From Rhodothermales bacterium (GTDB lineage: Bacteria > Bacteroidota > Rhodothermia > Rhodothermales > VXPQ01), in assembly GCA_965117025.1 (NCBI GenBank), contig OZ220746.1, positions 1,159,225 to 1,223,224 of the forward strand: a DNA stretch of 64,000 nt, in the 5' to 3' direction. Positions 8,637 to 16,184 of the stretch are shown here, piece by piece. The position numbers and the translations under genes are program-made. Every line of letters starts with the position of its first letter. The first letter of the stretch is position 1. The notes under the pieces are model-generated. The model saw only the letters and a list, made by a program, of their open reading frames with translations, did not search any database and was not told where the DNA came from.

Positions 8637-9422
8637 CTATATGGCAGGGGCATGGGGCTGTGCATCTTCAGATAACACAGGAACCCGCCCCCTGTACAGG
8701 GAGACCACCCCGAACGTCAGCGGCTTCCACAACAGATCCTCATACCCGGCCTGCCGCAACTCGTCCAGAAAGTCCTCCCCCGACGGAAACACCTTCACGG
8801 AAGCCGGCAGATACTTATAGGCTCCCGAATTGCCCGACAGAAGACGACCGACAAAGGGCAATACGATATCCGAGTAGACCTCGTACAACTTCCGGATCCA
8901 CAATACGCCGGGCCGACTGAACTCAAGGATCACCAGCACCCCTCCTGGACGGAGCACGCGCCGCATCTCCCGGATACCGTCCTGAAGATTCTCAAAGTTT
9001 CGTACGCCAAACCCTACCAGGACCGCATCGAACGAGGCATCCGGGAACGACAAACAAGCCGCATCCCCACGCTCCAGCGTGATGGTTCCGCCAAGATCCA
9101 GACGCCGGACCTTTATCCGGCCGCGCGCCAGCATCTGCTCGGAAAGATCGACGCCTACGATCCGCTCCGGACCAAGCGCGGCAGCGGCAATAGCCAGATC
9201 GGCGGTGCCGGTCGCTATATCCAGAATCCGAGCCGGCGCTTCCGCGCGCAGCAAGCGGATCGCCGCGCGGCGCCACATGCGGTCAATCCCGAAACTCAGC
9301 AGGCGATTGAGCAGGTCGTACCGGGGCGCCACCCCGTCGAACATGGCCTCGACGGCTTCCCTCTTGCCGGGAGCCTGTCCCGGCGGCGGCATACGGTGTG
9401 GAGATGTGGGCAAAACGTTCAC
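8637..9422 (-). CDS. ubiE: demethylmenaquinone/ubiquinone methyltransferase (UbiE/MenG family)
   Basis: MFDGVAPRYDLLNRLLSFGIDRMWRR, the SAM motif ILDIATGTADLA, and GGVLVILEFSRP are hallmark UbiE/MenG sequences. Confidence 0.88.
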   Translation of the reverse strand: MNVLPTSPHRMPPPGQAPGKREAVEAMFDGVAPRYDLLNRLLSFGIDRMWRRAAIRLLRAEAPARILDIATGTADLAIAAAALGPERIVGVDLSEQMLARGRIKVRRLDLGGTITLERGDAACLSFPDASFDAVLVGFGVRNFENLQDGIREMRRVLRPGGVLVILEFSRPGVLWIRKLYEVYSDIVLPFVGRLLSGNSGAYKYLPASVKVFPSGEDFLDELRQAGYEDLLWKPLTFGVVSLYRGRVPVLSEDAQPHAPAI

Positions 9423-10396
9423 AGGGCGTCGGCAATGCGCCGCGCCGTTTCCTCAAAAGGCCGGGGGCGCCACCCCAGTTTTTCACAGGCAAGGGTGTTG
9501 TCGTACCGGTTGACTGCGGACATGAAACGGGCATTGGGGCGAGGAAGAAGGGGTTCTGTACGGGTCAGAAAAGCGCCTGCTTCTGACAACCATGCGACGA
9601 GTATGGCGGCTGACGGCGCCATACGGATGGTCGGGGGCGCCACGCCGCATGCTCGCGCCAGTTGGCCGAAAATTTCTTCCCAGGACAGGTTATGAGCCGC
9701 CAGTACGAACCGGTCGCCAGCCTCACCATACTGCATGGCCCGCACCATACCGTCCGCCACATCCAGCACATCGACGACACTTGTAACGCCCGCAGGAAAC
9801 ATGCGCATCCGTTTGCGGCGGATCTGATCCACGATACGTCGGGTGTTCTCCCCTTTACGACCCAGGCCAAAAATGAGCGAGGGATTGACCATCACTGCAT
9901 CCAGCCCTTCCGCAATGCCTCGTCTTACCTCCAGTTCCGCAAGGTACTTCGAGTAGCCATAGGTGCTACTTGATTTTGACGGTTGCCATACCGCGTTCTC
10001 GTCGAGAATGGCGTCGGGACGGTTGGAGCGGCCCAGCGCCGCCACGGACGAGGCATGAACAAGGCGCCGTACGCCCCCGGCGAGCGCCGCATTGACGACC
10101 GCTGCGGTTCCATCCACATTGACGGACATGAGCCGATTCCGCACACGAGAAGAACCAAAGCCGATATTTCCGGCCACATGATAGACATACTCCACACCGT
10201 GCATGGCCTTTTGGAGCGCGAGATCGTCTGTGATGTCCCCGAGGGCGTGCTCGACCTCCTGCGCTGTCTCGCCGAGCAAATCGAGTTTTGAGCCGGCGCG
10301 CCGGAAAACACGGACGGGAACGCCATCCTGCACAAGGCGCCGGGTCAGCACGGCCCCCACGAATCCCGTGGCCCCCGTGACAAGGGTCATCGACAT
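9419..10396 (-). CDS. NAD-dependent epimerase/dehydratase family (extended SDR)
   Basis: N-terminal Rossmann motif TLVTGATGFVGAVLTRRL and a YxxxK-type catalytic motif (YGYSKYLAE). It overlaps the ubiE start by 4 nt, which suggests an operon. Confidence 0.8.
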   Translation of the reverse strand: MSMTLVTGATGFVGAVLTRRLVQDGVPVRVFRRAGSKLDLLGETAQEVEHALGDITDDLALQKAMHGVEYVYHVAGNIGFGSSRVRNRLMSVNVDGTAAVVNAALAGGVRRLVHASSVAALGRSNRPDAILDENAVWQPSKSSSTYGYSKYLAELEVRRGIAEGLDAVMVNPSLIFGLGRKGENTRRIVDQIRRKRMRMFPAGVTSVVDVLDVADGMVRAMQYGEAGDRFVLAAHNLSWEEIFGQLARACGVAPPTIRMAPSAAILVAWLSEAGAFLTRTEPLLPRPNARFMSAVNRYDNTLACEKLGWRPRPFEETARRIADAL

Positions 10397-10401
10397 GGCA
10401 A

Positions 10402-10917
10402 CTACTCTATTTCGAGAAGAAGATCGTTCTTGCCGACCGCATCGCCGGGCGCTACATGCACCGCTCGGACGGTACCTCCTCTTTCAATACGCAATTCGTT
10501 CTCCATTTTCATGGCCTCGAGGACCAGGGCGCCGGTTCCCGCCTCGACATGTTGTCCCGGTTCCACGGCCACGGACAGAACCATACCAGGCATAGGCGCA
10601 TGCACTTTCAGCATGTCGCTTTCAACTCCCCCGGATAACCCGAAACGTTCAAGCAGCAGCGCCCGTTCGTCTTTCAAAGACACATCGAACGTAGCCCCGC
10701 CGACCCCTATGCGCCGACGATCCCCGGATTCTTCCAGAACCACCGCCACATAGCTCTTGCCATCTATCAGCAAGGCCATGCGTTCTTCGTCAAGGCGTTC
10801 GTATGAAAACGGGACGGTGCGGCCATTACACGTCAACTGATCCGCGCGCACGGAAACTTCCATAACCCGACCGGCGCATGCTATCTGAAAATGTTCTGAG
10901 GCTCGTTTTCTCGCCAT
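10402..10917 (-). CDS. biotin/lipoyl-attachment (biotin carboxyl carrier) domain protein
   Basis: The C-terminal domain carries the biotinyl-lysine motif LEAMKMENEL and a flanking hammerhead pattern (VHAPMPGMVLSV...GDAVGKNDLLLEIE). Confidence 0.8.
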   Translation of the reverse strand: MARKRASEHFQIACAGRVMEVSVRADQLTCNGRTVPFSYERLDEERMALLIDGKSYVAVVLEESGDRRRIGVGGATFDVSLKDERALLLERFGLSGGVESDMLKVHAPMPGMVLSVAVEPGQHVEAGTGALVLEAMKMENELRIERGGTVRAVHVAPGDAVGKNDLLLEIE

Positions 10918-10995
10918 AGTCCGGATCGGGAGCGTTTTTATGTAATATAAGGGGCTTATAGCGAATAGTTCACATGGAACACGTTGGAGTTATTT

Positions 10996-11004
10996 TGGTA
11001 TAAT
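10996..11004 (+). promoter_or_regulatory. extended -10 promoter candidate (TGgTATAAT) for tnpB, implying a near-leaderless mRNA
   Basis: TGGTATAAT at 10996-11004 ends 7 nt before the tnpB ATG (11012). The -35 region is poor (GGAACA). It lies in the AT-rich left flank of the insertion. Confidence 0.3.
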
Positions 11005-11011
11005 TCTTTGA

Positions 11012-12253
11012 ATGACAAGAGTTTATACATATCGTATTGAGCATTTGACTCCGGCGAAACATTGCCGATTGGAGGCGTTTTTCTCCCACCTGACGTGGCT
11101 GTACAATCAGGGTGTGGAGTATTGCCGCGCCCAGCATGCCGAAGGCGCAAAGACTCCAACGTATTACGATCTGTGCAAGTGGTTGACCGGCAAGCGGGGC
11201 CAAGATATTCGAACTGGTCGGTGGAATGCGTCGTGCCAGCGTTCGGTTCTGAACCGCATCCACCGTGGATACGACAAGTTCTTCCGTGACCACAAGGGTT
11301 TGCCTCGTTACAAGTCTTTTGACCGGGGCGTCCGGTCGTTCGAGACGGAAGCGGCAAAGCCCCGCAAGCGCAAGAACGACAAAGGGCATTACGTACAGAT
11401 CAAGGGATTGGGCCGATTGTCATTTACGGACACTCGCGGCTTTCTCGACGATGCCACGGTCAAGATTGTCCGCGTTGTGCGTACCCCATTGCGCTACGAG
11501 ATACAGCTTGTATGCGACGTACCGGAACCTTCGCGGGTCGTTGACAAGCGCGATGTGGTCGGCATAGACCTGGGAGTGAAGTCGTCTGTAACGCTATCGA
11601 ACGAGGTGCAGTACCGCCCACTCGCCCACGACGACACGCGCCGCAAAAGGCTACAGCGCAAGGTATCCCGCGCCAAATGTGGCGGCAATGGGCGTAAGAA
11701 AGCGAAGGTGCTGCTGGCAAAGGAGAGTAGGCGCATTTCGATTCGCCGCCACAATGCCATTCACCGAATGACGACCGAGATCGTCAAGACGCACTCTGCG
11801 AATCTGGTTCTGGAGGACTTGGAAGTACAGAATATGACCGCATCCGGCGGAAGCCGCAAGCGTGGTCTGAATCGTTCCATGCTACAACAGGCATGGGGAA
11901 AAATCGGAACCCAGTTGATTTACAAGGCTGAGAGCGCCGGAGGCCAGTGCGTACGGGTTCCACCGCATCACACGACGCAGACATGCAGTAATTGTATGAA
12001 TCTGCCCCGTGAGTCCATAGACCTGTCGGTGCGCATCTACGAGTGCGAGCACTGCGGTTATGTAGCGGATCGGGACGTAAATGCGGCACGGAATGTCCGT
12101 CGGAAGGGACTTGACTTCTTCCACCGGGTGGGGCTATCCCCGGAGCGTCAGGCGGAGGCAGCGAAACCGGTAAGATTGCACGGTACTTCGGTACCCGATA
12201 GCACGGTCATGGCGCGGAACCGTAGCATTACGAGCACACAACCTGTCAAGTAA
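11012..12253 (+). CDS. tnpB: TnpB, an IS200/IS605-family (IS1341-like) RNA-guided RuvC nuclease
   Basis: 413 aa. The N-terminus RVYTYRIEHLTPAKHCRLEAFFSHLTWLYNQGVEY resembles the OrfB_IS605 N-terminal pattern. RuvC-I is VVGIDLGV (D186). RuvC-II is LVLEDLEV (E268). The zinc ribbon is C325-x2-C328...C345-x2-C348. RuvC-III is ADRDVNAARNV (D353/D355). Confidence 0.9.
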   Translation: MTRVYTYRIEHLTPAKHCRLEAFFSHLTWLYNQGVEYCRAQHAEGAKTPTYYDLCKWLTGKRGQDIRTGRWNASCQRSVLNRIHRGYDKFFRDHKGLPRYKSFDRGVRSFETEAAKPRKRKNDKGHYVQIKGLGRLSFTDTRGFLDDATVKIVRVVRTPLRYEIQLVCDVPEPSRVVDKRDVVGIDLGVKSSVTLSNEVQYRPLAHDDTRRKRLQRKVSRAKCGGNGRKKAKVLLAKESRRISIRRHNAIHRMTTEIVKTHSANLVLEDLEVQNMTASGGSRKRGLNRSMLQQAWGKIGTQLIYKAESAGGQCVRVPPHHTTQTCSNCMNLPRESIDLSVRIYECEHCGYVADRDVNAARNVRRKGLDFFHRVGLSPERQAEAAKPVRLHGTSVPDSTVMARNRSITSTQPVK

Positions 12254-12263
12254 TGAATATAAG
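12107..12263 (+). ncRNA. putative omega-RNA (reRNA) scaffold overlapping the tnpB 3' end. The boundaries are approximate.
   Basis: Three hairpins are readable in the non-conserved C-terminal tail codons 366-413. They are CCGGG/CCCGG at 12124-12143, GGTAC-TTCG-GTACC at 12182-12195 (a UUCG tetraloop), and ACGGT/ACCGT at 12203-12223. The position matches where omega-RNAs lie in characterised TnpB elements. Confidence 0.4.
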
Positions 12264-12312
12264 TCCCAATGCTTCCATGGACAGCGCTCCAGGTCACTCA
12301 CGTACGAAGAAA

Positions 12313-12543
12313 ATGTGGAAATGGGCGATCCTGATCATCGGCGCCCTCTTTTTTCTTACCGTCCTGCGCGAAGCCATCGACCCGTACGGCGACCAGCCGT
12401 ACATAGAAATCACGCATGGAGACCATGTCCACTATGTACCGCACGATCGGGACCCGAAGGTTTCCATCAGCAAATTTCCCACGGTTCCACCCGGACCGGA
12501 TGAAATCATTACGCCGGAAGGACGCATCGTGCCAAAGGAATAA
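12313..12543 (+). CDS. small single-pass membrane protein with a histidine-triad-like HGDHVHYVPH motif (putative metal binding)
   Basis: The TM segment is WKWAILIIGALFFLTVL, followed by ITHGDHVHYVPHDRD. This resembles the HxxHxH (HGDHYHYIP) zinc-binding triad of streptococcal Pht proteins. The ORF-track start at 12253 overlaps the tnpB stop (TAATG), so the Met at 12313 is preferred. Confidence 0.6.
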   Translation: MWKWAILIIGALFFLTVLREAIDPYGDQPYIEITHGDHVHYVPHDRDPKVSISKFPTVPPGPDEIITPEGRIVPKE

Positions 12544-12586
12544 CGAACCCGACGCGGCGAGGCGCTGGCGAAAAAGGGAAACTTTC

Positions 12587-14818
12587 CTACCACAGCGCCT
12601 TGATCAGGACTTTAACGTTACGCCCCTGCTCAGGCATGATGCTCTTTACTTTCGAAAGATGGTCCCGGTATTCGGCGTTCGTGGCATTCTCCACCCCGAT
12701 ATCGAAGGTGTACAAAATACGACCCAGAGAGAGGTAGTACTGCGCATGCGCCCCGAACACGACATACCCATCGGTCGGCTCCTCGAATTCCCCCAGACGA
12801 TCCTGCCGCCGCGCCGCCTCCGCGGAACCGGACAGCCTGATCTTCCCGCGGGCGTACGCTGCTTCCAGCCGCCCCCGCAAGGGAGGAATGAAGGACATCG
12901 GCTCGTCGTCGTCGATTAGCGTACCCCGGACATACGCGCCCGACCAGGAAAGCATGACGGAAGGCGCCGCCTGCAGCGAAAAGGAAGCTTCCGACCCCGT
13001 CATGCGGACCGACGAACCGGTTTGCTGATATTCCGTCAGCAGGGTGCGCACGTTGAGCCGGCCCGTATTTCTGGGGTAAATGTAATCCTGAATATGGTTT
13101 CGATACGCATTCAGCGACCCGGAGAAACGCGCGCTGCGGTATTCCGCGAACGCTTCGAAGCCCAGGCCCTTTTCGACGCCGAGGTCCGCATTGCCTATTT
13201 CGAAAGCATAGGCCGCCAAATGAGGTCCGGTTGAGAAAAGTTCTTCGATCCCCGGCATGCGAATGGAGCGCACGCCGCCCAGGCCCGCGGAGAAATGGTC
13301 GCCGAATCGCCGCAAGACCCGAAAAGAGCCGGAAACGCCCCCGGTCGTCCGGTTGCGAATCCGTCCGGCGCGCGTTTCCTCGCCCACAGCGAAGCGCCCG
13401 GTGGTGCGGGGACGTACGGCGCGTATATCGTACCGAAGCGCGCCCTGAAGCGACAGGTTCCTCAGATTGATATCCTGATACCGGAACGCCGCGGCCGTCC
13501 ATTCCCGGGAGTTCGGCGTAAACGTAAATCCGCCGGAAGCAAAATCCCGGTGTCCGGCCCAGATACTCGTCAGACTGTTGCTTCTGCGGCCATGGACGCG
13601 GGACAGAATCCGGCCGTAATACGACAGGAGTCCGAACTCAATGCCCAGCGACCCGCTCGCTTCGTATTCCTGATGAAAATACCTCGAAAGCGATGCCTCG
13701 AATTCCAGGTGCGAGAACCGGGGAATCGCATCCAGCAACAGGCCCTTCGCTTTCAGGTAACGACGGGATAACTCGATATCCACGCCGTTCGGATGCGCCC
13801 CGACGAATCCGCCCGGTATGCCGTACCGGGAAGCGTAGTAACTGCCCGAAACACCCGCATGCCCCCACGAACCGATACGGCTCGCGCTGACAGAACCGTT
13901 TCCGGTCGTCAAATCGGTGTTGGCCAGTACCCCGACCGGCGTGGACACGTCTCCCGCATTGCGCAAGCTGCCGTCGGCGCGCACCGCAAAGCCGCCCGCA
14001 GGCGCTTCGACGCTGAACCCGCTCGAAATCCCGTCGTGGGCGGATTGCCCTTGCAGCACGGCCACCACATGCGTCTCCGGCGGCCTGGTCGCAGGCACAT
14101 ATCCGCGGACCGCGTTCACCACGCCGCCCAGCGCGTTCGGCCCGTACAGCAGCGCCGCCGGGCCGCGAACCACCTCAATCCGCTCCGTCATCAGCGGTTC
14201 TATCGCAACCGCATGATCGGCGGACGTGGCGGACAGGTCTCCGGTGCGCCCGCCGTCCTCCAGGACCAGCAGCCGCTCGCCGCCCAACCCGCGCAACACC
14301 GGGCGGGCGGGAGCGGGCCCCATGGATCGCATGGAAATGCCGGGTTCGTTGTCGAGCGTTTCGGCGATCGTCGTTCCGAGATGCTGCCGAAGCCGCTTGC
14401 CCTCCATATCCATATCGGCCTCGCGGAGCGCGACGGACTCGCGTTGCCCGTCCACGAAGACTTCCCCCAATTCAATCGGAGAAGCCGACATGCGCAGCAC
14501 GACGCGAGACGTATCCGAGGCGCCGCCCACCGCGACCTGGCTCGTCAGCGACTCATAGCCTATGCGCCAGGCGGTAAGCGTGTAGACCCCCGGCTCCAGA
14601 AACCGCATCTCGAAACGGCCTTGCCGATCCGTTCTGGAACTGCGGTTGGCGTCTTCCGCCAGCACCTGGGCATGGCGCACGGGTTCTCCGGTTTCCGCAT
14701 CTTCTACGGAGCCCGAGATCACCGCCGTATGCTGGGCTTGCAGCGTCCCGGCGACCGCCATCGCGCAACACGCTGCAAGCCCGAGGCGGCAAGCAAGCGA
14801 GGATGTACTACAACGCAT
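12587..14818 (-). CDS. TonB-dependent outer-membrane receptor with an N-terminal carboxypeptidase-regulatory-like domain
   Basis: 743 aa. Signal peptide, then CarboxypepD_reg-like ISGSVEDAETGEPV...GVYTLTAWRIGY. The plug region contains ISMRSMGPAPARPVLRGLGGERLLVLEDG. A long beta-barrel region ends in the aromatic terminus LIKALW. Confidence 0.9.
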   Translation of the reverse strand: MRCSTSSLACRLGLAACCAMAVAGTLQAQHTAVISGSVEDAETGEPVRHAQVLAEDANRSSRTDRQGRFEMRFLEPGVYTLTAWRIGYESLTSQVAVGGASDTSRVVLRMSASPIELGEVFVDGQRESVALREADMDMEGKRLRQHLGTTIAETLDNEPGISMRSMGPAPARPVLRGLGGERLLVLEDGGRTGDLSATSADHAVAIEPLMTERIEVVRGPAALLYGPNALGGVVNAVRGYVPATRPPETHVVAVLQGQSAHDGISSGFSVEAPAGGFAVRADGSLRNAGDVSTPVGVLANTDLTTGNGSVSASRIGSWGHAGVSGSYYASRYGIPGGFVGAHPNGVDIELSRRYLKAKGLLLDAIPRFSHLEFEASLSRYFHQEYEASGSLGIEFGLLSYYGRILSRVHGRRSNSLTSIWAGHRDFASGGFTFTPNSREWTAAAFRYQDINLRNLSLQGALRYDIRAVRPRTTGRFAVGEETRAGRIRNRTTGGVSGSFRVLRRFGDHFSAGLGGVRSIRMPGIEELFSTGPHLAAYAFEIGNADLGVEKGLGFEAFAEYRSARFSGSLNAYRNHIQDYIYPRNTGRLNVRTLLTEYQQTGSSVRMTGSEASFSLQAAPSVMLSWSGAYVRGTLIDDDEPMSFIPPLRGRLEAAYARGKIRLSGSAEAARRQDRLGEFEEPTDGYVVFGAHAQYYLSLGRILYTFDIGVENATNAEYRDHLSKVKSIMPEQGRNVKVLIKALW

Positions 14819-15287
14819 AATTCTTTGCTACGGCAGCTTCTTCGACCTTAACGGGGATATCGGGCGTCGTGAAATCCGAGTGTCCTTCGTGCAACAGCAT
14901 CACCCGTATCGCGGTGTCGCCCGCCTCTTCTCCATCCAGCGTAAAGGTCCACCGACCTTCCTTGTGGACGTGCACGATGTCGTCTCCCTGCACCTCGACG
15001 CCGAGAGAAAATTCGTCGTCCAGTTCGTCGGCGTGCACTTCCTCGTCGTCGTGGCCCAAAAACTCCACGGTGATCTCGTCGGTTTCGTCGCCTACCGGGA
15101 CGGTCAGCGACCCCTCGACCTCGCCCTCATGGACGTGAACGACTTCTTCGCCGCCAATAAGAAGCATAAGACCTTCTACTTCGGCGTGCTCGTCATGGTC
15201 ATCTTCGGCAGGATTGGAGCAGGCAACCAGCCCGCTCATGATCAAAAATACAATAACGGCAACGCCGTAATGTTTGGATACAAACAT
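14808..15287 (-). CDS. His/Asp/Glu-rich lipoprotein (putative metal-binding partner of the receptor)
   Basis: Lipobox LVAC after a signal peptide. Repeated HVHEGE / HVHKEG / LHEGH and DDHDEH motifs. It overlaps the receptor start by 11 nt, which suggests an operon. Confidence 0.7.
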   Translation of the reverse strand: MFVSKHYGVAVIVFLIMSGLVACSNPAEDDHDEHAEVEGLMLLIGGEEVVHVHEGEVEGSLTVPVGDETDEITVEFLGHDDEEVHADELDDEFSLGVEVQGDDIVHVHKEGRWTFTLDGEEAGDTAIRVMLLHEGHSDFTTPDIPVKVEEAAVAKNYAL

Positions 15288-15320
15288 AGCTCCTCTGTTG
15301 TTTTAAAGGTGTGTCTGGGG

Positions 15321-15347
15321 AAAAAACGCCGCCGGAACGGCGCGCGG
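15321..15347 (-). terminator. rho-independent terminator candidate
   Basis: On the minus strand: CGCGCCG-TTCC-GGCGGCG stem-loop followed by TTTTTT (the A-run at 15321-15326 on the plus strand). Confidence 0.55.
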
Positions 15348-15630
15348 ATCGAGTCAAGAAGACGCTGATTACATCCGCGCGAACCAGCGTCTTAACGGGG
15401 AGAGGGGGGATGCGCAGACAAGAAATGGCGACGCAGCGCGGCGGCTCCGCGCAATGAGAAAAGCCGCCGACAGACGCGCTCCTTGCCGCCTCTCCCGTGC
15501 TGCCTCTTAAAGAGCGCTTGGCGCCTGCGAAGCCGTCGTGTTTACCGCTGATTTCAGCGATGGAGACAGGACAGCTTGCATGCGCGAACGCAAGGCGCAG
15601 GTCGACGCGGATTGGATCGGCGTATCCTTA

Positions 15631-16008
15631 CTACGCCGCCGGAGGCGCGCGTATCGAGCGATGGAAAAGGCTGCGGGCGAAGCGAACGGACCGGAGCGTC
15701 TGCCCGGTCACATGCACAGGAAGCGCCGGGGGCTGGATTTGCTCGATAACCGAGGCGGCCAGCGAACGAAGCGCGCACAGATCGCACTCCAAATGATCCG
15801 AAGGCGCTTGTTCTTCCGAAAGAAAATCTTTCGATGCGCCGTGCGGGCACGGCAATTCGCTGCCCGCCTCCTCGGCAGGGTCCTGCGCATGCTCCAGCGA
15901 GCGAATATGCGACACGTCGTGCCCGAAAGGGGCCGCCACCATCCCGCAGAACAGCACGGCAAGCAGGAAAACCCCTGAGCGTTCGATATGCGCGCGCTTC
16001 GAAAGCAT
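15631..16008 (-). CDS. hypothetical secreted/membrane His- and Cys-containing protein
   Basis: 125-aa ORF with an N-terminal hydrophobic segment (GVFLLAVLFCGMVAAPF) and scattered His/Cys (HDVSH, CPH, HLECDLC). I recognise no family. Whether it is coding is uncertain. Confidence 0.4.
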   Translation of the reverse strand: MLSKRAHIERSGVFLLAVLFCGMVAAPFGHDVSHIRSLEHAQDPAEEAGSELPCPHGASKDFLSEEQAPSDHLECDLCALRSLAASVIEQIQPPALPVHVTGQTLRSVRFARSLFHRSIRAPPAA

Positions 16009-16184
16009 CTATTTCGGATTTCGCAGGGGCAAGGGAAGGCGAAGGGACGGTCTCAGGGGCAAACTACAGGCGCTCCGACGATGCGCCTGCCACACTACGC
16101 AGTAGAAGAATACTGTAAGAGGATTGCAAAGATCCTGAAAAAGCAACGTCCGGCAAACATATTTCCCATATCCTCATCCTTCGC

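Noticed and set aside
11012-12253. A nuclease-dead, domesticated TnpB-like repressor (TldR-type) interpretation of the tnpB ORF.
   Set aside because: The RuvC D/E/D motifs (GIDLG, LEDL, DRDVNAARN) and the zinc ribbon all appear intact, and the protein is full length (413 aa). There is therefore no sequence evidence for inactivation. Only the genomic position hints at a regulatory role.
12253-12312. The ATG at 12253 (overlapping the tnpB stop) as the true start of the downstream His-triad protein.
   Set aside because: The first 20 residues (MNISPNASMDSAPGHSRTKK) lie in the AT-rich element end and precede a classic signal-anchor that starts at MWKWAIL. The start at 12313 is more plausible. This is not proven.
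15497-15978. Plus-strand ORFs (15497..15796, 15538..15978, 15834..16118) overlapping the hypothetical minus-strand gene.
   Set aside because: They are Arg-rich, overlap one another, and carry no signal or motif. Coding status in this region is uncertain in general, and only the minus-strand ORF with an N-terminal hydrophobic segment was retained, at low confidence.
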